Below are positions 62,253-64,000 of a DNA stretch of 64,000 nucleotides, piece by piece. The stretch's first letter is position 1. Every line of letters begins with the position of its first letter. Source of the stretch: Antedon mediterranea (Eukaryota; Animalia; Echinodermata); NCBI RefSeq assembly GCF_964355755.1, contig NC_092671.1, forward strand, positions 20,770,001 through 20,834,000. Direction: 5' to 3'. The notes beneath the pieces are model-generated. The model had not been told where the DNA came from, did no database searches, and saw only the letters and a program-made list of their open reading frames with translations. The position numbers and the translations under genes are program-made.

Positions 62253-64000
62253 CAGTGTTCTCCCCAGGCCTTTGAAGCGTCACGGTACCGTGACGCTTGG
62301 GTTCTCTACTGTGACGCTTTACGGTCGGCCGTGACGCTTAAAAATATCAACCACAACAATCTAAAAATAGATTAACAGGCAGGTACGGTACTTTCTCTAG
62401 AGCTGAGGCGCGGCATGCATAAAGAGCCTAATGCATACGAGACACGTGACATGACCACTAGACGAAAAACAAAAGACTGCGTAACAAAGTGTTAAACAAC
62501 TGAGACTCGCTTTCACCGGCCGCCGCCAAGAGATGTAAACATGTGTTTTGTTACTGCCATGTCTCTCTTTCGATCTCTAGTATTTGGCTGTTGTCTAAAA
62601 TGTAGTAACTTGTATATTGTAAATAAAGTAAATGATTGATTGTATTGTTTTTCTTGTAAAAATGTTATGTGTATTAAAAATAAATATCGATGATATTATT
62701 ATTTTCAATATCACACTGAATTAATCGACTCTATCGGTGGGATTTACTCTTTCGTCGGTAACATACACACGTCATCAAATGATTTCTAGGCGCAATTCAA
62801 TGCTAGCTGCTTTGATCGTATAATACATTCAAGAAGGCTACGATCGTTTTCCTATTTGCTAGTGCGCTAAAGTCTTATTTCACTTAACTTAAGTGTATTT
62901 GTACATCGGTGGTAGAATGTTTTAGGCCCTACTTCGTGAGAAAGTTGAGTGACAAGGGATGTCACATGGTATTGTGATATCAGTACTGCGATACTGTATG
63001 TCACATGGTGCTTTCACCGGCCGCCGCCGAGAGATGTAAGCACGTGTTTTGTTACTGCCATGTCTCTCTTTCGAATCGTTTTCCTATTTCCTAGTGCGCT
63101 ATGAAGTCTTATTTCCGGGCAACTAGAGGTGTCTTACTAATGAGTAGGCCTAGTTTTATTTTATCGGGACTTGCCCCCGATGTTTGTATTTGAACGCAAA
63201 AAAATGTTTTTTTATCGGATAAGTTTACCCGCCGGCGAAAAAAAAAAGTAGGCTACGATCGTTTTAATGTTTGCTAACGCGCTATGAGGTGTCGTTTCGG
63301 GCTAACTACAGTTGACTACTGATGAGTAGGCATATTTTTTTTTTCATATATCGCGTACAGTACCTGCGGAAAAGTAGGCTCAATCGGGCTGTTTGCTAGC
63401 GCGCTATGAAGTGTCCTTTCCGGCCAACTACAGAGTTGTCCTACTGATGAGTAGCATTTTTTTATTTCATCGGGGAATTCCCCTTGACGTTCGTAATGAA
63501 CGCAAAAAATGTTTCTTATCACGTATGTTTACCGGCGGAAAAAGCAGGCTACGATCGTGGGGTTTGCTAGCGCGCTATGAAGTGTCTTTCCGGCCAACTA
63601 CAGAGTTGTCCTACTCCTGAGTAGGCCTAGTTTTATTTCATCGGGGAATTCCCCTTGACGTTCGTATTGAACGCAAAAACATGTTTTTATCGCGTATGTT
63701 TACTGGCGGAAAAAGTATGCTACGATGGTTTTACTGTTTGCTAGTGCGCTATAAAGTTTCGTTTCCGGCCAACTAGAGTTGTCCTACTGATGAGTAGGCT
63801 AATAGATTAGGCCTATTTTTTTCATTGGGGCTTCCCCCTGACGTTCGTAATGAACGCAAAAAATGTTTCTTCGCGTATGTTTACCGGCGGAAAAAAGTTG
63901 GGTACGATCGTTTTGTTGTAAGTGTTAATTCCGGCCAAACCAGAGGCGTCATTCAACATAAATGTTATGTGCGAGAGTACCATTTCCGGCCATCTAGGGT
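62253..64000. mobile_element. Left end of a probable hAT-like element containing a ~172-bp tandem repeat
   Basis: Starts CAGTGTTCTCCCCAGG. Subterminal GTGACGCTT motifs, including the palindrome AAGCGTCACGGTACCGTGACGCTT. The right end is outside the window. Confidence 0.5.
63085..63945. repeat. Tandem repeat, ~5 units, mostly 171-183 bp
   Basis: Anchor GCGCTAT at 63096, 63279, 63401, 63572 and 63746. Units contain CCGGCCAACTA, CCTACTGATGAGTAGG and TTTACCGGCGGAAAAA. Confidence 0.9.

Noticed and set aside
63440-63800. Hammerhead ribozymes in the tandem repeat (CTGATGA present)
   Set aside because: CTGATGA lies inside a CCTACT/AGTAGG hairpin and is not followed by stem II plus GAAA.

Overview
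AT-rich eukaryotic (marine-invertebrate-like, possibly echinoderm; inference from composition and the repeat families present) genomic DNA, with no sign of prokaryotic content. The only convincing host coding sequence is a minus-strand first exon (2478-2952) starting with an eh1 Groucho-binding motif (FTIDSLM), as in ANTP-class homeobox repressors, with a TATA/CCAAT/GC-box promoter. The remaining ~61 kb upstream is a gene-poor region dense with transposons: a nearly intact Mag-clade Ty3/Gypsy element (131-bp LTRs, tRNA-Ser PBS, one premature stop), decayed LINEs (RTE, L2, Tx1/L1, CR1/L2 group), a non-autonomous Helitron inserted precisely into a LINE, Harbinger-, Kolobok-, CMC-, Tc1/pogo- and hAT-like MITEs, and several families of Helentron-like non-autonomous rolling-circle elements (HINEs). 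The most unusual structures are: (i) a CRISPR-looking array of 13 stacked palindromic HINE 5' ends followed by three stacked bodies (56.3-61.3 kb), read here as a record of serial self-targeted insertion; (ii) a multi-layer Russian-doll nest at 17.8-22.1 kb; (iii) HINEs carrying a tRNA-Glu-like Pol III cassette; (iv) degenerate minimal hammerhead ribozymes in a Penelope-type repeat. All calls were made by eye; no database searches were run.
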